A stretch of 64,000 bases of DNA from Tubulanus polymorphus (lineage: Eukaryota > Animalia > Nemertea), in contig NC_134033.1 in NCBI RefSeq assembly GCF_964204645.1, positions 2,314,131 to 2,378,130 of the forward strand, in the 5' to 3' direction. The translations under genes and the position numbers were made by a program. Of the stretch, positions 1-12,483 are shown one piece after another; positions within the stretch are counted from its first letter, which is position 1; the number at the start of each line of letters is the position of its first letter. Under the pieces are notes generated by a model. The model saw only the letters and a list, made by a program, of their open reading frames with translations, was not told the DNA's origin and made no database searches.

Positions 1-157
1 GTTCTGTCAAGTTCCAAATTTCTTGACTTAGGAACTTTTTGGGACTTTCCAAAAGTTCAAGTTTCTGACATTTTGGATAAATTAAAATAATGAGTAGTTG
101 CCATACTTAATGGACGGCTGACAAGAGCGAAAATGGATTTCTTAAAAGTACACCTAC

Positions 158-304
158 TATATGGCCGGTAAATTTCAGTCCTGCTAATAGCAATCGGACT
201 TTCCACGGTTCTTCCAGATCGTCGGGTAAAGGATGGTACATGTAATAAGCGATAATTCCAGTCCATAGCGCCAACAACAACACTGAATGCTTCAAAACCG
301 ACAT
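158..304 (-). CDS. First coding exon of an arylacetamide deacetylase / neutral cholesterol ester hydrolase (AADAC/NCEH1) family esterase; the rest of the gene lies left of the window
   Basis: MSVLKHSVLLLALWTGIIAYYMYHPLPDDLEEPWKVRLLLAG: signal anchor plus the YxPLPDxxEEPW motif typical of AADAC-family N-termini; phase-0 donor ATA|GTAGGT after 158. Confidence 0.8.
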
Positions 305-523
305 CGTCAGCGATACCTGAAATACGAGTCCGCATCCGCATTTTAATCACAACCAGGAACCGGCATAGTTCTGTTCGGGTTTAAAACTTGTCTTAATTTA
401 AAATATGCATTTTCTAAACTTTAAATACATCAGAAATTTTAATTCCACCCTCTTTAACATGATGACAACATTTTCTGCGAAAAATATGATCGTTTTAAAT
501 TCTTTTCTCGATAGTTACCTAAC

Positions 524-535
524 CAACCGGAAGTG
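524..535. promoter_or_regulatory. ETS-type motif (ACCGGAAGTG) upstream of the esterase start
   Basis: Consensus match about 220 bp upstream of the ATG at 304. Confidence 0.35.
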
Positions 536-1563
536 TAGACTTTGTTCGGTCGGCTGAAAACACGGACACGGATTGCTTTAGATCGCTAGCTGGCAACCAG
601 TCTAGTTCCAATAAAACACGGATACGGGCTATGCTTACCAGGGCTGGAATCGATTTGCAAAAAGCACGGATTTGGATGCCTTTAACCTAGACTCGAACCC
701 TATAAGAATTGTCTTTATTTCGGGTCTTGATCAGCGTAAAAAACGTAAAGAAACGATTCCGGCCCGACGATACATTGTGCACTGACCTCGCGCCTAATGG
801 GGTACCCGCGAAACCAGCTATACCACCAGATGGCGCGACAAGCAGTAGGTCGTGTGTTGTCAAAATTAGTTCATTTTCAATGACATTTGAACTGGATTTT
901 TGAACTCCTCAATCTATATACTACCAATATACAATACTTTCATTCTTCTAATCGGATATCGGTAAAGTTTCCAAAAATGATTCATTCATTTAAGAGAAAA
1001 GTTAATTTAGGTTTAATTGAAATGTAGACGAAATCGAACGTGGACGACCAACTATCTACTAGCGACACCTGGCGGATCCTCGCCTGCCATACGTGGAATC
1101 CTCGATTGCCACAGTAGCACTGCGGGTACCCCATTAGATCTACAAGTAGAGCCCCGCGTCAGAACAGATGATCTTAGGGCATCCAGCAGAGTCGGGATCC
1201 AGGGAAATCGGCCCTGGGAAGAAAAAGGCATTCTGTCGGATCCAGCCCACTGTCCAGTCGCCACATGGTAGGGGACCCGGCGAACCTCCTTCGGTTTTCG
1301 TTATTTTTGAAGAAATGAATCGCGAACCCGTAGTAGTGAAAAGGCAGGGGACCCGCGAGACCACTAACCCGTTAGATCCGTTCCTGACCCATATCACATA
1401 TCACAAGGACTCAGCGAAACGAATATGAAACCAGCGCCGGTATAAGAAAACATACACTTTAAATCCACTCATTTAGTGTTTACAAATATACCATTTTTTC
1501 ACTTACGCAAATAATTTTTAAGTTTACTGCATGATTTGTTTAGGAATAAAAATGAAAGCATTA

Positions 1564-1782
1564 GGCTAAAAAAATTGATACCTTGTTTCTCCGCTCTGCT
1601 GAGCTTAAATGTTGAACCGGCCGGCCGCCTATCTACCCTATACATTACTTTTTTTAAAATCGTGATCAATTTTACCATAACAGACCCGGCCGCTATGGAA
1701 ATGAACTGTTAACAAATTTTATCAAATTTTACAAAAATGACCCGGCCGCTGCGGAGAAACAAGGTATCATTTTTGTTTAGCC
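1564..1782. mobile_element. Tourist/PIF-Harbinger-like MITE
   Basis: TIRs GGCTAAA..A..TGATACCTTGTTTCTCCGC, flanked by TTA on both sides; second copy at 7615-7833. Confidence 0.75.
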
Positions 1783-2341
1783 TTATAGGTAAAAAACATG
1801 CAGTTAACTCAGAAAGCATAACCCCAGTGAGTAGGCCTTACGTCTGTGGTTTAGTTTCACGATCAGTTATTTTCACCACACAAGCCCATCCGATTATAAA
1901 AGCTACACCAACGATTAGGTATCTAACCGCAACCCGAGTTCAAGGGAGTAGTAGATTAAAGACGGGGGTTATGTCTAAAAGAATTCACCTACGACAGGTC
2001 TATTTTCTATTGAACGACGTGCTTAAAACAAGATTGAGATTCACATTTTGAAGAGTTTTTTCTTTTTTAAATCGAGAGATCTAAAAGTAGCATTTGATCA
2101 TTCGGGAACTCATTTGAACATTTTGAACACCCTTTCTTCTCAAGTCAGTCAACCCGCCAGATGGCGGTGTAGGTCAGGACAAGGCGTCTTTCTAAGATAC
2201 GCTCCAACGCCGTGGCAGTATAGCGAACTTCATTCTTACGACATACAGATAAAACTCCAGAGGTCTTTAAGATTATTTGTGCGCATCGGTTTTTGATGTC
2301 AAGTAGCGACGGTAACCTTGACCTTCGGTAGTATCATCCGG

Positions 2342-2709
2342 TCATTTAATGTGAATATTTTTGATATGCCGTTTAACATCAGAGGACTGACCGAACTGCC
2401 GATCGCAATACGGACATCGATAATTTTTCTGTTTGAGATGCACGTTTTTGTGGTGACGCGACAGCGTGTACGCGTTCGTCAAGACGGCGTTACAGACGTT
2501 GCAGACGAATTTCTCGGCGGAGGAAGCGGTTGTCGAAGCGTTCGGATTCATGGGTACACCGATCAGCGGCGGTACGTAGTAGCGCGATGTCTGCTGGGAT
2601 GTATTTCGCGTCGGGTGACGATGGGCCGAATTCCCCCACGATGCATTGCCGGTCGTCTGCCAAATGTCGCCACCACCGGAACTGCCGCCATGATAGTAAC
2701 TTCGGTTTC
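2342..2709 (-). CDS. Variable terminal exon V10 of the zinc-finger locus (2 C2H2 fingers)
   Basis: Acceptor TATTTTCAG|GA (phase 1), open through CNVCNAVLTNAYTLSRHHKNVH and CPYCDRQFGQSSDVKRHIKNIH to TGA. Confidence 0.85.
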
Positions 2710-2879
2710 CTGAAAATATACATGTTAAATCTAAATGAATTATTCGAATATTTTCGATTAGATTGAGTGGAAGTCACTCGATTATGGCAGGTTTTGATTG
2801 GTCTCTGCCGATTACGAAATTCTCTTCTGGTGCGTTCGTTTCAACCAGAATACGCTCTAACTATTCCGGAATAGTAAAA

Positions 2880-3266
2880 TGTCTAAACCTGATTGGTGCG
2901 GCCGGTAGAGAGTTTGTAATCTGTAAACCTGATAGAAGCGGCCGGTAGAGAGTTTGTAATCTGTAAACCCGATAGAAGCGGCCGGTAGAGAGTTTGTAAT
3001 CTGTAAACCCGATAGAAGTGGTCGGTAGAGCGTTAGTAATCTGTACACCCGATAGAAGCGGCCGGTAGAGAGTTTGTAATCTGTAAACCTGATAGAAGCG
3101 GCCGGTAGAGAGTTTGTAATCTGTACACCCGATAGAAGCGGCCGGTAGAGAGTTTGTAATCTGTAAACCCGATAGAAGCGGCCGGTAGAGAGTTTGTAAT
3201 CTGTAAACCTGATAGAAGCGGCCGGTAGAGAGTTTGTAATCTGTAAACCCGATAGAAGCGGCCGGA
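2880..3266. repeat. 40-bp minisatellite, about 9 copies
   Basis: Unit GCCGGTAGAGAGTTTGTAATCTGTAAACCCGATAGAAGCG recurring at 2901, 2941, 2981 and onward. Confidence 0.95.
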
Positions 3267-4382
3267 ATCAGGAATGCGATTCAAAGTGGAATATATTCCA
3301 CCGAAACATCATTGGGTTGTTATTCTTGCGAAACGCAGTATCATCTCTACATATAGAAATCAGCCAACAGAATACCACTTCTAAATATTTGTCAAGATTT
3401 ATTTTTGATATTGATGACGATGATGAATTTTCAAACATTTACACGCAGTTATAATGAACATAATTTATTTATACATAATATATACATATATGTACTGTAT
3501 GCACTAATGTACTCATATTTACCCTGTATCGACATAGAGACCATAAAATGCGTCACAGACTTAACAGGAGATACGATACACTGAACACGGGGCGTGGGGG
3601 TCTTTACAGGGGGAGGGGGAGGGGGTTAAATGAACTCTTAAATGATCGATTCTAGAGCGCACGGTTATACACGTGGTTACGGGGGAGTTGGACGTATCTA
3701 TAGTTTTAAGTTAGAAATATGTTTCGAAGTAAGTAAATGTCCGTAAAAAACTAAAACTTTCATTTAACGAAAACGAAAAGTCAGCGACTCGTGACTTCTA
3801 TTGGCAGCCACAACTAAAATTCGTTATAAGAATTCACGCCACGACGTAGTACCACAGCGAGAAGAGAGCGCCTTCTGCCGCACATATATTTACAATTACA
3901 CGATGTACAAGGTATTAAAACGTCAGAAAATTGAAAAATCAAAGATAGAACTTCGTTCCTGAATCGCGAAACTTGTAAAGGTCGGGGTCGCTTGAAGGTC
4001 GTCGCTTAACCCATTTTGTCTCGGAAATTTTTTCACACGATTCGTAACTTATGAACACAATGATCGTCCGAAGTCAACAGTTAAATCATATTTTGAAAAA
4101 ACTCCACGGTACAGTTTCTGTTGAAAATAACGAGAAATTTACTAAAACAAATCGTGGCGAACAAAACGCTGCACGAAACAGGATTACCGTAACAAAATAA
4201 TCGAGCGAATTCGACGAAACAAAGGACAGGATTTTTCGCAACGAAAAAGAGCGAACACTTTCCAAAAACACATTGAAATTATTACTGAGTCCCTTCCGAA
4301 CGCGGATGGATTGTTTTCACACGTAAGTCACAAAATTGACGGCGATTCCTATATTTTCGAATATTTCATCAGTAACCGACGA

Positions 4383-4651
4383 TCAACCAGGTTGCTGCTG
4401 CTGCTGCTGCTGTTGTTGTTGCTGGTGCTGTCTTTGATGGACGTGCAGCAGATGCGATTGCAAGTGGAAATTGTGCCCGAATCTGCGGAAGCACAGCGGA
4501 CACTGGAAATCTCTGATGTTTAAATGCACGGTTTTCTGGTGTCGTTTCAACGTCTGCTTAGTCCGGTAGCCGCGGCCGCACGCCGGGCAGATGTAGTCCC
4601 CGTAGCTGGTTCGTTCGTCGGTCCGCTGGTAGTAGGTCGCCGTCGTAACCG
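4383..4651 (-). CDS. Variable terminal exon V9 (2 C2H2 fingers plus polyQ tail); absent from the ORF track
   Basis: Acceptor ATTTTGCAG|CG (phase 1); manual translation gives YICPACGRGYRTKQTLKRHQKTVHLNIRDFQCPLCFRRFGHNFHLQSHLLHVH, polyQ, PG*; no in-frame ATG. Confidence 0.85.
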
Positions 4652-4939
4652 CTGCAAAATACGAGCAAAAATACTCCGCTAATTCGTTTGAAACTCTAGA
4701 AATTGAAATAGAACGCGCTTAATTCAATCTTGAGGTTTTTTAGTATCCTTTGATATTCCCGAATGGAAGATGGCCGATGAACGTAATTTGGCTACATGTG
4801 CTTATTTCTACTACTACTTCTTGACCGAATTTTAGAAATGTAATTCAAAACGTAAAATAAAAGTTCATGAAAGTTACAATAGTCTTGAGGTTTGCGTGTA
4901 AAGGCGCGTCAAAACGCGCAAGCTAATATCAGTCAGTCG

Positions 4940-5016
4940 TCGAATTCGGGATTCGAACTACGGATCGCACGTGTACCAGCCGGGGCAGTGCTCTAACTAA
5001 TTGACCCATCAGGGCG
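4940..5016 (-). mobile_element. Degenerate tRNA-derived SINE head
   Basis: A-box-like TGGGTCAATTAGTTAGAGCA and B-box GTTCGAATCC on the minus strand, no intact cloverleaf. Confidence 0.45.
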
Positions 5017-5590
5017 AGTAATAAAGTGACACTTGAAAATGATAAAACCAAGTACCACGGCTGATAACTGAAAATATATGAGCTTAAATTGAAGAAATTA
5101 ATAGCGAATTTTTTTCTAAAGCAGTAAAATCTTTCTCGCGATAAACCGATGAATAACAAGAAAAGCGATGGCGCCAAACAAAACAGACAGGAGACTAGTC
5201 GAAACTTGTGCTTTTCATCAATTTATCTTGGAAAAAAATATTCACCACTGCTTTTCAGAGACAAGCGACTGTCGTCTGATTCGGGTGAAGAATGCAAAGC
5301 CACCATCGAAGAAAAAAGGGTCAGAGTAATCTAACGTTTCAACTCAAGCGAGCCATTTTCAAAAAAGCTGAAATAATGAATTTTCGAAAAATCGAAGTTG
5401 AAACGCTAAGCTCTATCGAGCCAAACGCAGACGGCGCTGAGAAACCCGGAAACAGAGACGACGGAAATATATTTCCGAGCGATTCCCTGCGCGCGTCGGG
5501 CTGAACACTTTTTCTTCGATTGTATATTGATATTATATTCTTCAGATAGATTCAGTACTCATCCAGATAATCGAAACGATATCTTACGTC

Positions 5591-5967
5591 TCATAGCGAG
5601 AACAGCGTGTCCGTCGAGTCGGTCGTTTTGTTTTTGTCTTTGCGCACTATTTTATGTATGGCGAACATGTGTTTCTCGGCGGCGGTTTTCTGCGCGAACA
5701 GTCTCCGGCAAATCGGGCAGGAGAACTCGCGTATTTTCAAGTGTACAGTGCGCTGGTGTCGTTGCAGGTTGGCCATGCTCGAGTACGACTCGCCGCACGT
5801 GTTGCACGGGTGCTGTTTGGCGGACGAACGCGACAGACGCCGGCGCCGAGGAGTTTTGGGCCGGTGGTGGCCGGTTGTGTTGGTGGTGGCGGCGGGCGCC
5901 GGCGGCGGCGAGGGGAAGTCCGGAAACGGCGGCGGAAAACGCATCAGCGGAAAGTGAGGTCGCCAGC
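5591..5967 (-). CDS. Variable terminal exon V8 (2 C2H2 fingers)
   Basis: Acceptor TCGTTGCAG|GC (phase 1), GWRPHFPLMRFPPPF...CNTCGESYSSMANLQRHQRTVH...CPICRRLFAQKTAAEKHMFAIH. Confidence 0.85.
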
Positions 5968-6160
5968 CTGCAACGACACAAAAACAAGAAGACCACGATT
6001 TAAAATTTCAGTTCAGCTAGCTTGATACGAGGTTAAGAAATAATTTTGGAGACGAAAAAATTGTCTTTTTCGTATTAAGGACAGAGAATATGTATGATAT
6101 ATATTATGAGTGAATAAACGAAACGGATAGTACTTTATTGGTTAACTTGTTTTTGAAGAA

Positions 6161-6490
6161 CCATCCTCCCCCGGCAGGGATTCGAACCTGATCGCATCGA
6201 GACTCGCCACGGTACGAAACCCTGCCATTCTAGACGGGTGCGTAGGTACATGCGCAGCTTAGGTGATGTCATTATTAGCCAATCAGAAATCCTGTTTTAT
6301 TTTAGCCCGGGTTTTTCCATTTAAAGTTCTTCTTTGAAATTTACCTCAGCAATTATACAACGAGCGATCTGATTGCTGGGGCAAGTTTTCGCTCTGCAAA
6401 CCTGCGCACCCGGTCTGGTGTGGCAGGCGTTCGTGCCGTGGCTGAGTGTAGCGATGCCATCAGGTTCGAGTCCCAGCCGAGGAAGGATGG
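6161..6490. mobile_element. Palindromic element with two inverted tRNA-like arms
   Basis: Reverse complement of 6161-6240 aligns with 6407-6490; both arms carry B-box GGTTCGA(A/G)TCCC facing outward. Confidence 0.6.
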
Positions 6491-7614
6491 AGCTTTCGCT
6501 ATTAGCTTGTACAATAGCTTCATCTGATGAACGAAGCTACCATACATTAATATATAAAGTCTGCACCAGGTCAACGCGGCTCATCTACGAATCTTCTCAT
6601 CGTGAAAAGTTTCAGAAAAATTACATAAGACACTGTTTTGAAAATACACCTCCCGGAAAGGAAAAAGACCGTATGCCCGGTTGAAGAAATATATAATGCG
6701 TCGTGATAGGCTGTCCGGAGCGAGGGGTTTCAGAGTTTAACACCGATATATGATTCGCGTAAACGTAATCAATTTGATAGAAAAGAAAAAGTCGATCGCC
6801 AATGCAAAACTACGTACATAACCGACACCAGACTATATTTCATCGAACATTCATCAGACAGGGTTTCGTGGAGTAGCGATCGACTGCTTCGGGTGAAGAT
6901 TAAAACCGACAGTAGAAAAAAAACAAACCGTAAGACGATGTCGAATGTTACTATTAAGAGAAATCCAACGACGGAATGACATTTCACCACGCGGTTTACG
7001 AATCGTTTCAACACAGCCAGCAACGCCGCTAACCAAACAAAAACTGACTGAATCGAATAATTTGAATATAAAACGTATTTATTTTCATCATTATCTTTAC
7101 TTTGCACATCTCCCTCTTAATTGAGAAGATTAAAATACAGTTTAAACTTGTGACTACTCGCCTGGAAATCGGTGGAAAGTCAGGGGATTTTATTTCTTTT
7201 CTAAAGTCGAATTTTGTAAAGAAGCTAGAAACCACGGAAAATGTAGGAAAATTTGTTGAGATTGCAGAGTTACCATTCATGTCTTACATATTTGACCGCA
7301 TATATTGATTGGATTCTTAGTAGTCCAAGTCAGGGAAAACGACGTGAATAACTCAGTAACAACCCGTCGCTGTACGAAACGAAGATAATCTATTGTTTTT
7401 TGTTGTTGTTGTCGTTGTAGATCTCGAGAGGAAGATTTCGTTTCGAACGAGTCGCGAGGAATTAATTCGTAAAGGAGTATTAAAAGAGAATTACGACGCC
7501 GATCAAATCGAGCAACAGGAATCACCGTCATTGATTCGTCAGCGTGAATTAGGTATGTTGTGATTCATACAGTTAACTTCGCTTAACTCGGACTTTAAAT
7601 TAGACTAGAACTTA

Positions 7615-7833
7615 GGCTAAACAAAAATGATACCTTGTTTCTCCGCAGCGGCCGGGTCATTTTTGTAAAATATGATAAAATTTATAAACAGTTCATTTCT
7701 ATAGCGGCCGGGTCTGTTATGGTGAAATTGATCACGATTTTAAAAAAAGTAATGCATAGGGTAGATAGGCGGCCGGCCGGGTCAACATTTAAGCTCAGCA
7801 GAGCGGAGAAACAAGGTATCAATTTTTTTGGCC
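7615..7833. mobile_element. Tourist/PIF-Harbinger-like MITE, inverted copy of 1564-1782
   Basis: Same TIRs, TTA flanks, internal sequence reverse-complementary to the first copy. Confidence 0.75.
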
Positions 7834-8335
7834 TTATATAACAGCGTAAACCTACCGTTTACAACTAAATTCATCGATTATTTCAAAATGATAATTTTCA
7901 ACTAAAAAGATTCATCATAGCTATGAAAAGAAAAACTCGCTTTTTTAATCACGATGCAACAATTACCTTATCATAATCAAAACTGCTTTCTCTGAATGAA
8001 TGATTGAAAAAATTATTTGTAAATTTGCGAAACTTGATGAAAAATGTTTGCGGACGTTCCGTTCGTTGAGTAGAGTTTAATGTCTGCAGGTTATGAAAAA
8101 GAGTCTGCGATTACGTTAAAAAAATTACTGATTTTCATCCTTAAAATGCAATGTCAATAAACAATAAAATGTAGCCGAATCGATCTCCTTTTCGCGACAG
8201 CATCCACTGAAAGCTGATGACTGAATGATGAACTTTTGGTGCACCAAGGTCGCTAGGTCTTTGCTAAATCGACCTTGACATTACAGTTAAGTTGCAGAAA
8301 GAAACGTTCCCGGAAGATCTGGCGAGGAAAATTCA

Positions 8336-8446
8336 GGATCCAGTTCTACAGTCATGAGTTAGAGTTAACTCTGAGTTGAAATTAGTTCATTTTCAATGAG
8401 TTAACTCTGGGTCGAATCTGAAACTCACAACTGTGGAACTGGGTCC
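8336..8446. mobile_element. Short palindromic MITE family (related copies near 46713, 52710, 55825, 56345)
   Basis: GGATCCAGTTC..CAG..TGAGTT ... AACTCACAACTGTGGAACTGGGTCC inverted ends. Confidence 0.6.
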
Positions 8447-8559
8447 AGATGTTTAACCACGAAAATTCTGGCAACCACAAAGACATCCATTCGATACAGC
8501 AGAATAGACATGTTTAATATTCACAGGTGCGTGCTATAAGACCAACTCTTAAACTTGTA

Positions 8560-8890
8560 CAATTTACATATTCACATGACTGCACATGTTTCTGGATACA
8601 TGTATCACTAACACATGGTAATTCCCCCATTCACATGTGCACCACATGTAAATGTATCCCACCTTTACATGCACATGTATCACACCAAAATTTGTTTATA
8701 TATCCCACTCACATGCTTAACTGTATTGCACCCACATGTACAATTATTCCACCTTAAAGCTGATGTATCCCACCCACCACATGTATCCCACCCACCATAT
8801 GTAGCCCACCCACCACATGTATCCCACCCGCCACATGTATCCCACCCACCACACGTATCCCACCCACCACATGTATCCCACCCGCATGTT
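8560..8890. repeat. 18-bp tandem repeat (CCACATGTATCCCACCCA) with a degenerate left extension
   Basis: About 7 clean copies at 8760-8890; CACATG-rich decayed copies to the left. Confidence 0.85.
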
Positions 8891-9000
8891 ATACTGTATT
8901 ACATTAAGTACAAGCACATACTATTGATTATATTTGCTCATTTACTGAGATATATCCCCCGTTTGATTGTTATGATTGTGGACTATAGGGGGCGTTGTAT

Positions 9001-9494
9001 TCAGTTATTAGTGGGTAACCGCGCGTGTACTGACACGTCCTCTGTAACGTTATGCACGCGCACCAGGTGGCGCTGTAGCTGTATCGGCTGGCCGTAACGC
9101 TCGCTACAGAACAGACACTTATAGCGACGGATTCCGAGGTGGATGATTTTCATGTGTCGTTTCAGATTGTAAACGTATTTGAACGATTTGCCGCAAATCG
9201 AGCACGTCGCTCCGACTGTCGCCGGCGACACGGTCGGAGCGATCGGCTGCGCCGGAGCCACGGAGCCGTCCATTCGATTCATTAGCGCGTCGACGTCGTC
9301 GATATCCTCGTACGGGTTCGAGATTTGATCCCGCGCGTGGAGCAGGTCATCGTCGTCGTCATCGTCGGCGGTATCGACGATGCGAGATCGCCCTCCTCGT
9401 CTGCGGCGGCCGCGTTCGGACCACGGCGAGGACGAGAATCGACACGAATCACCGACCGTCGCGCGATTCCGCGCCGACACGACCGCGACCATTC
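9001..9494 (-). CDS. Variable terminal exon V7 (2 C2H2 fingers)
   Basis: Acceptor TATTTTGCAG|GA (phase 1); CSICGKSFKYVYNLKRHMKIIH and CLFCSERYGQPIQLQRHLVRVH. Confidence 0.85.
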
Positions 9495-10347
9495 CTGCAA
9501 AATATAGAGCCACAAACGAAACATCAGTAACGTCTTCCAAATTAGATTTTCACACGAGTATCAGGGGCATCGCTTAAAATATCGAAAAATCTCAAAATAT
9601 CTTCATCGCAAAATCTCATTTTCAGCAGCAATCTTTCGTAAGACAATCTAGATTTACTCGTCAACTGTGACATTCGATGACATTCGAAATTCCATTCCTT
9701 TATTTGTATCTTAAAACACAATTTTCTGGTACACAGAATGATGAATAATCAGCTTCAATACATGTACAGTTAGTACACTCGGTACTCTGCGCTCAAGTTT
9801 GTGTATTTTACCGAAACAAAAATTTGTAAACCTTTAAATTCCCTCATTCTCGACTCGGTGAAACGTCTGAAGCAGTCTTGAAAACAAAGTTATTTTGAAT
9901 TGTTCTTGAATGTGAGAAAATGTCGTAAGGTCACGTGACAGCGGCGGGACGACAGAACGATGCGCGCGTGTAAAAGGCCTTTTCAATATGGCGTCGGTGT
10001 TAGTAATCTGGTTTAGTGAGGTCCGAGGACGATCTCATCACAACAAGGCTAGAAGACTCACAATCGTACCGTTACGAAATGAATCATCGGATTTCTAATT
10101 TTCGACAATTCCGCTTCGCGGGGACCTATCCACAAATGACAGCCATTACGAACGTCGTCTTCACAGAAATTTTCTTTGACGATTCTCAACTCTCAGTAAC
10201 CGTTGAACTCGAGGCAGTATTTACATCCCAAATGTTACCGACTTATGACAGTCTACTGAAATAAATATACCGGGGTGGTCGCTGCCGAGGATTCGAGCAA
10301 AAAAAGCAATTTACTGTTCGTACGAAAAGCATCCGTCTTAATGTCAT

Positions 10348-10748
10348 CTAATACGTCGTGTTCGTGATTCTATGAACTTTGATTAGGTGGCGCGTCAGTT
10401 GCATGGAATAGCCGAACGACTCCGGGCAGAATCGACACGAATGCCGTTTGATTCCCATGTGTACGTAACTCGTGTGTCGGTTCAAACTGTACAGATGTTT
10501 GAAACGTTTTTCGCAGACGTTGCAAACGAATTCCGTCGTCTGCCGAAAAGTTCCGTCGTCTGTCGCAGCGCCGCTGCCGCCGCGCTCGGCGACACCCGCT
10601 AGATCGCCGTGGTAATATGAAGCGTCGCTGTTGTCTCGGTCGTCAACCAGGTGACGCTGATGGTCTCCATGCGCGCGTTGATTGGTTGCTGTCGCTGACG
10701 ACGATTGATAATTAACGTAATGATAGTCTCCGTAGCCTCCGGCCAGTC
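10348..10748 (-). CDS. Variable terminal exon V6 (2 C2H2 fingers); absent from the ORF track
   Basis: Acceptor ATTTTTGTAG|GA (phase 1); manual translation GLAGGYGDYHY...FVCNVCEKRFKHLYSLNRHTSYVHMGIKRHSCRFCPESFGYSMQLTRHLIKVHRITNTTY*. Confidence 0.85.
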
Positions 10749-10791
10749 CTACAAAAATGCAATTTGAAATCGGTCAAACGACTGTGTTCAA

Positions 10792-11079
10792 CCCTTTCAG
10801 TGTGTCTACATCACAGTGCGGTGTATAAATCCGTGATGGACTATGCTAGTACATCGCATCGCGATGTATTGATGAATTCAGTTTTTATCTCCAATGAAAG
10901 ATGGCAGCACCTGTCAAACATTGTTAAATATTTGTAAACTAACAATTCAGGGCAGAGCAGTGTAGCACCGCGGTGCAGACGCATTATAGCGCTATGCCTG
11001 TTATTCAACGCAATTTTTTAGAGACTTAACATTATCTCCAGCACTTAAATAGGACATTAATGAGTCGGCACTGAAAGGG
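10792..11079. mobile_element. piggyBac-like non-autonomous MITE
   Basis: TIRs CCCTTTCAGTG / CACTGAAAGGG; same family as 27268-27526 and 57054-57333. Confidence 0.7.
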
Positions 11080-12061
11080 TTTTAAATGGTTGGAATTAAT
11101 TAGGTTTGCTAGTCGCGTCTACTATTTCAAATAGTAGACCATTCACCCGGTAAGCGTTAGCTATGAAATTCGATCTCTGCGGTTGTCAGATTTTAGCACC
11201 ATCGTCGCGCTGGGTACAGGTTGGAACACGTAGGACTGATTTCGATAAAACGAAATGACAAAATGTCAAAACGTTTTGTAAATGAAATGAACGCGCGATA
11301 CAAATTCAGCAGACGGATTTTAAGATATGTTTACAGCTGTTTGGCGCTTAAAATACTCTAGGCTGAGCTCGACAGTGAAGACTTGCGGTACCAGAGACTT
11401 TGATCATTTTGGTCTCTGAACAAAAACCCGTCTAAAAACTAATTTGAAAACTAATCTTACATGTTAAAAAAAAGACTTAAACCTCACTTGAGACTTAAAT
11501 ATGACCGAAAACATCGGACATCTTGGACGATAAAACAAACAATAACAACAGATTTGTAATAATTAAAGTCTGGTCTGAACGATTGGAACCGGGCTGAAGC
11601 TAACTTAGGATAAATCGAGGACGACCATGTCAACTCGGGAAAAGTTGTCGATTTCAATTAATGAACCGCATGCTGTAGAGGTGTTAGTCATTACTGTCTC
11701 TCAGGACTGTTTATAACACAGTAGACTCCGCCTGCCTTGGATCTTGTGGGGTGGATAGATTCTTTCCGAGGAGCGTGTATTTCGGGACAGACGGAGCAGG
11801 GATGGGCTGTCATCACGGCGAGTTGTGGAGTGAGAAAATGTCCAACATATTGTCAGTCAGAGCGCGAGAAAATGTCTAACACATTGTCAGTCAGAGCGCG
11901 AGAAAACCGATGCAATCGCCTCCGGGGTCAATGGAGTCCAGAGCACTTGATCTGATTCTAGAGGCAATCGTTTCTGGAGTCAATGGAGCATGTGATAATC
12001 CGAGGAAATCGACTTCGTGGTGAACGCAGTCAACTGTATGCCAGGACTCCAGAAACGATTT

Positions 12062-12393
12062 TCAATAACCATCATGGCGGCGCAGCCGAGACTGCGCCAT
12101 CACGTTGTTTCGTATCTGATGAACTTTCTCCAGGTGGCGCATGAGTTGCGTTTGGTATCCGTATTTCTCGTCGCAGAACGCGCACTCGTAACGCCGCGCG
12201 TTCAAATGCACGATTTGAACGTGATTTCGAACGTTCGTCGAATTCTTGAAGTTCTTCGCGCAATACGAACACGAGAACGACGACGTCTGCGGTTGATTGC
12301 CGCATGTCTGCTCGATTGCCTCGTAGCGCCCCCACGTGGCGGAATTTTCCCCGGACGGCGGGTATCCGTAATAGAAGGTATCAGCGTCCATGC
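12062..12393 (-). CDS. Variable terminal exon V5 (2 C2H2 fingers)
   Basis: Acceptor TATTTTGCAG|GC (phase 1); CSYCAKNFKNSTNVRNHVQIVH and CAFCDEKYGYQTQLMRHLEKVH. Confidence 0.85.
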
Positions 12394-12483
12394 CTGCAAA
12401 ATATCCAGAACACTTTGATTACCACCGGGAATGAAAGCTCAATCGGGAATGAAAGGTCAATCGGGCGACATCAGTGTCGAGGT

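Noticed and set aside
2880-3284. Regular repeat arrays as CRISPR, and ORFs within them (also 21470-21885, 47715-48240)
   Set aside because: Head-to-tail units without unique spacers, no cas genes, eukaryotic context.
6769-7531. Possible additional variable exon in the V7-V8 gap
   Set aside because: No Cys/His finger pattern found in the frames examined.
8615-9097. ORF with (HVSHPP)n
   Set aside because: Translation of an 18-bp tandem repeat overlapping the antisense of V7.
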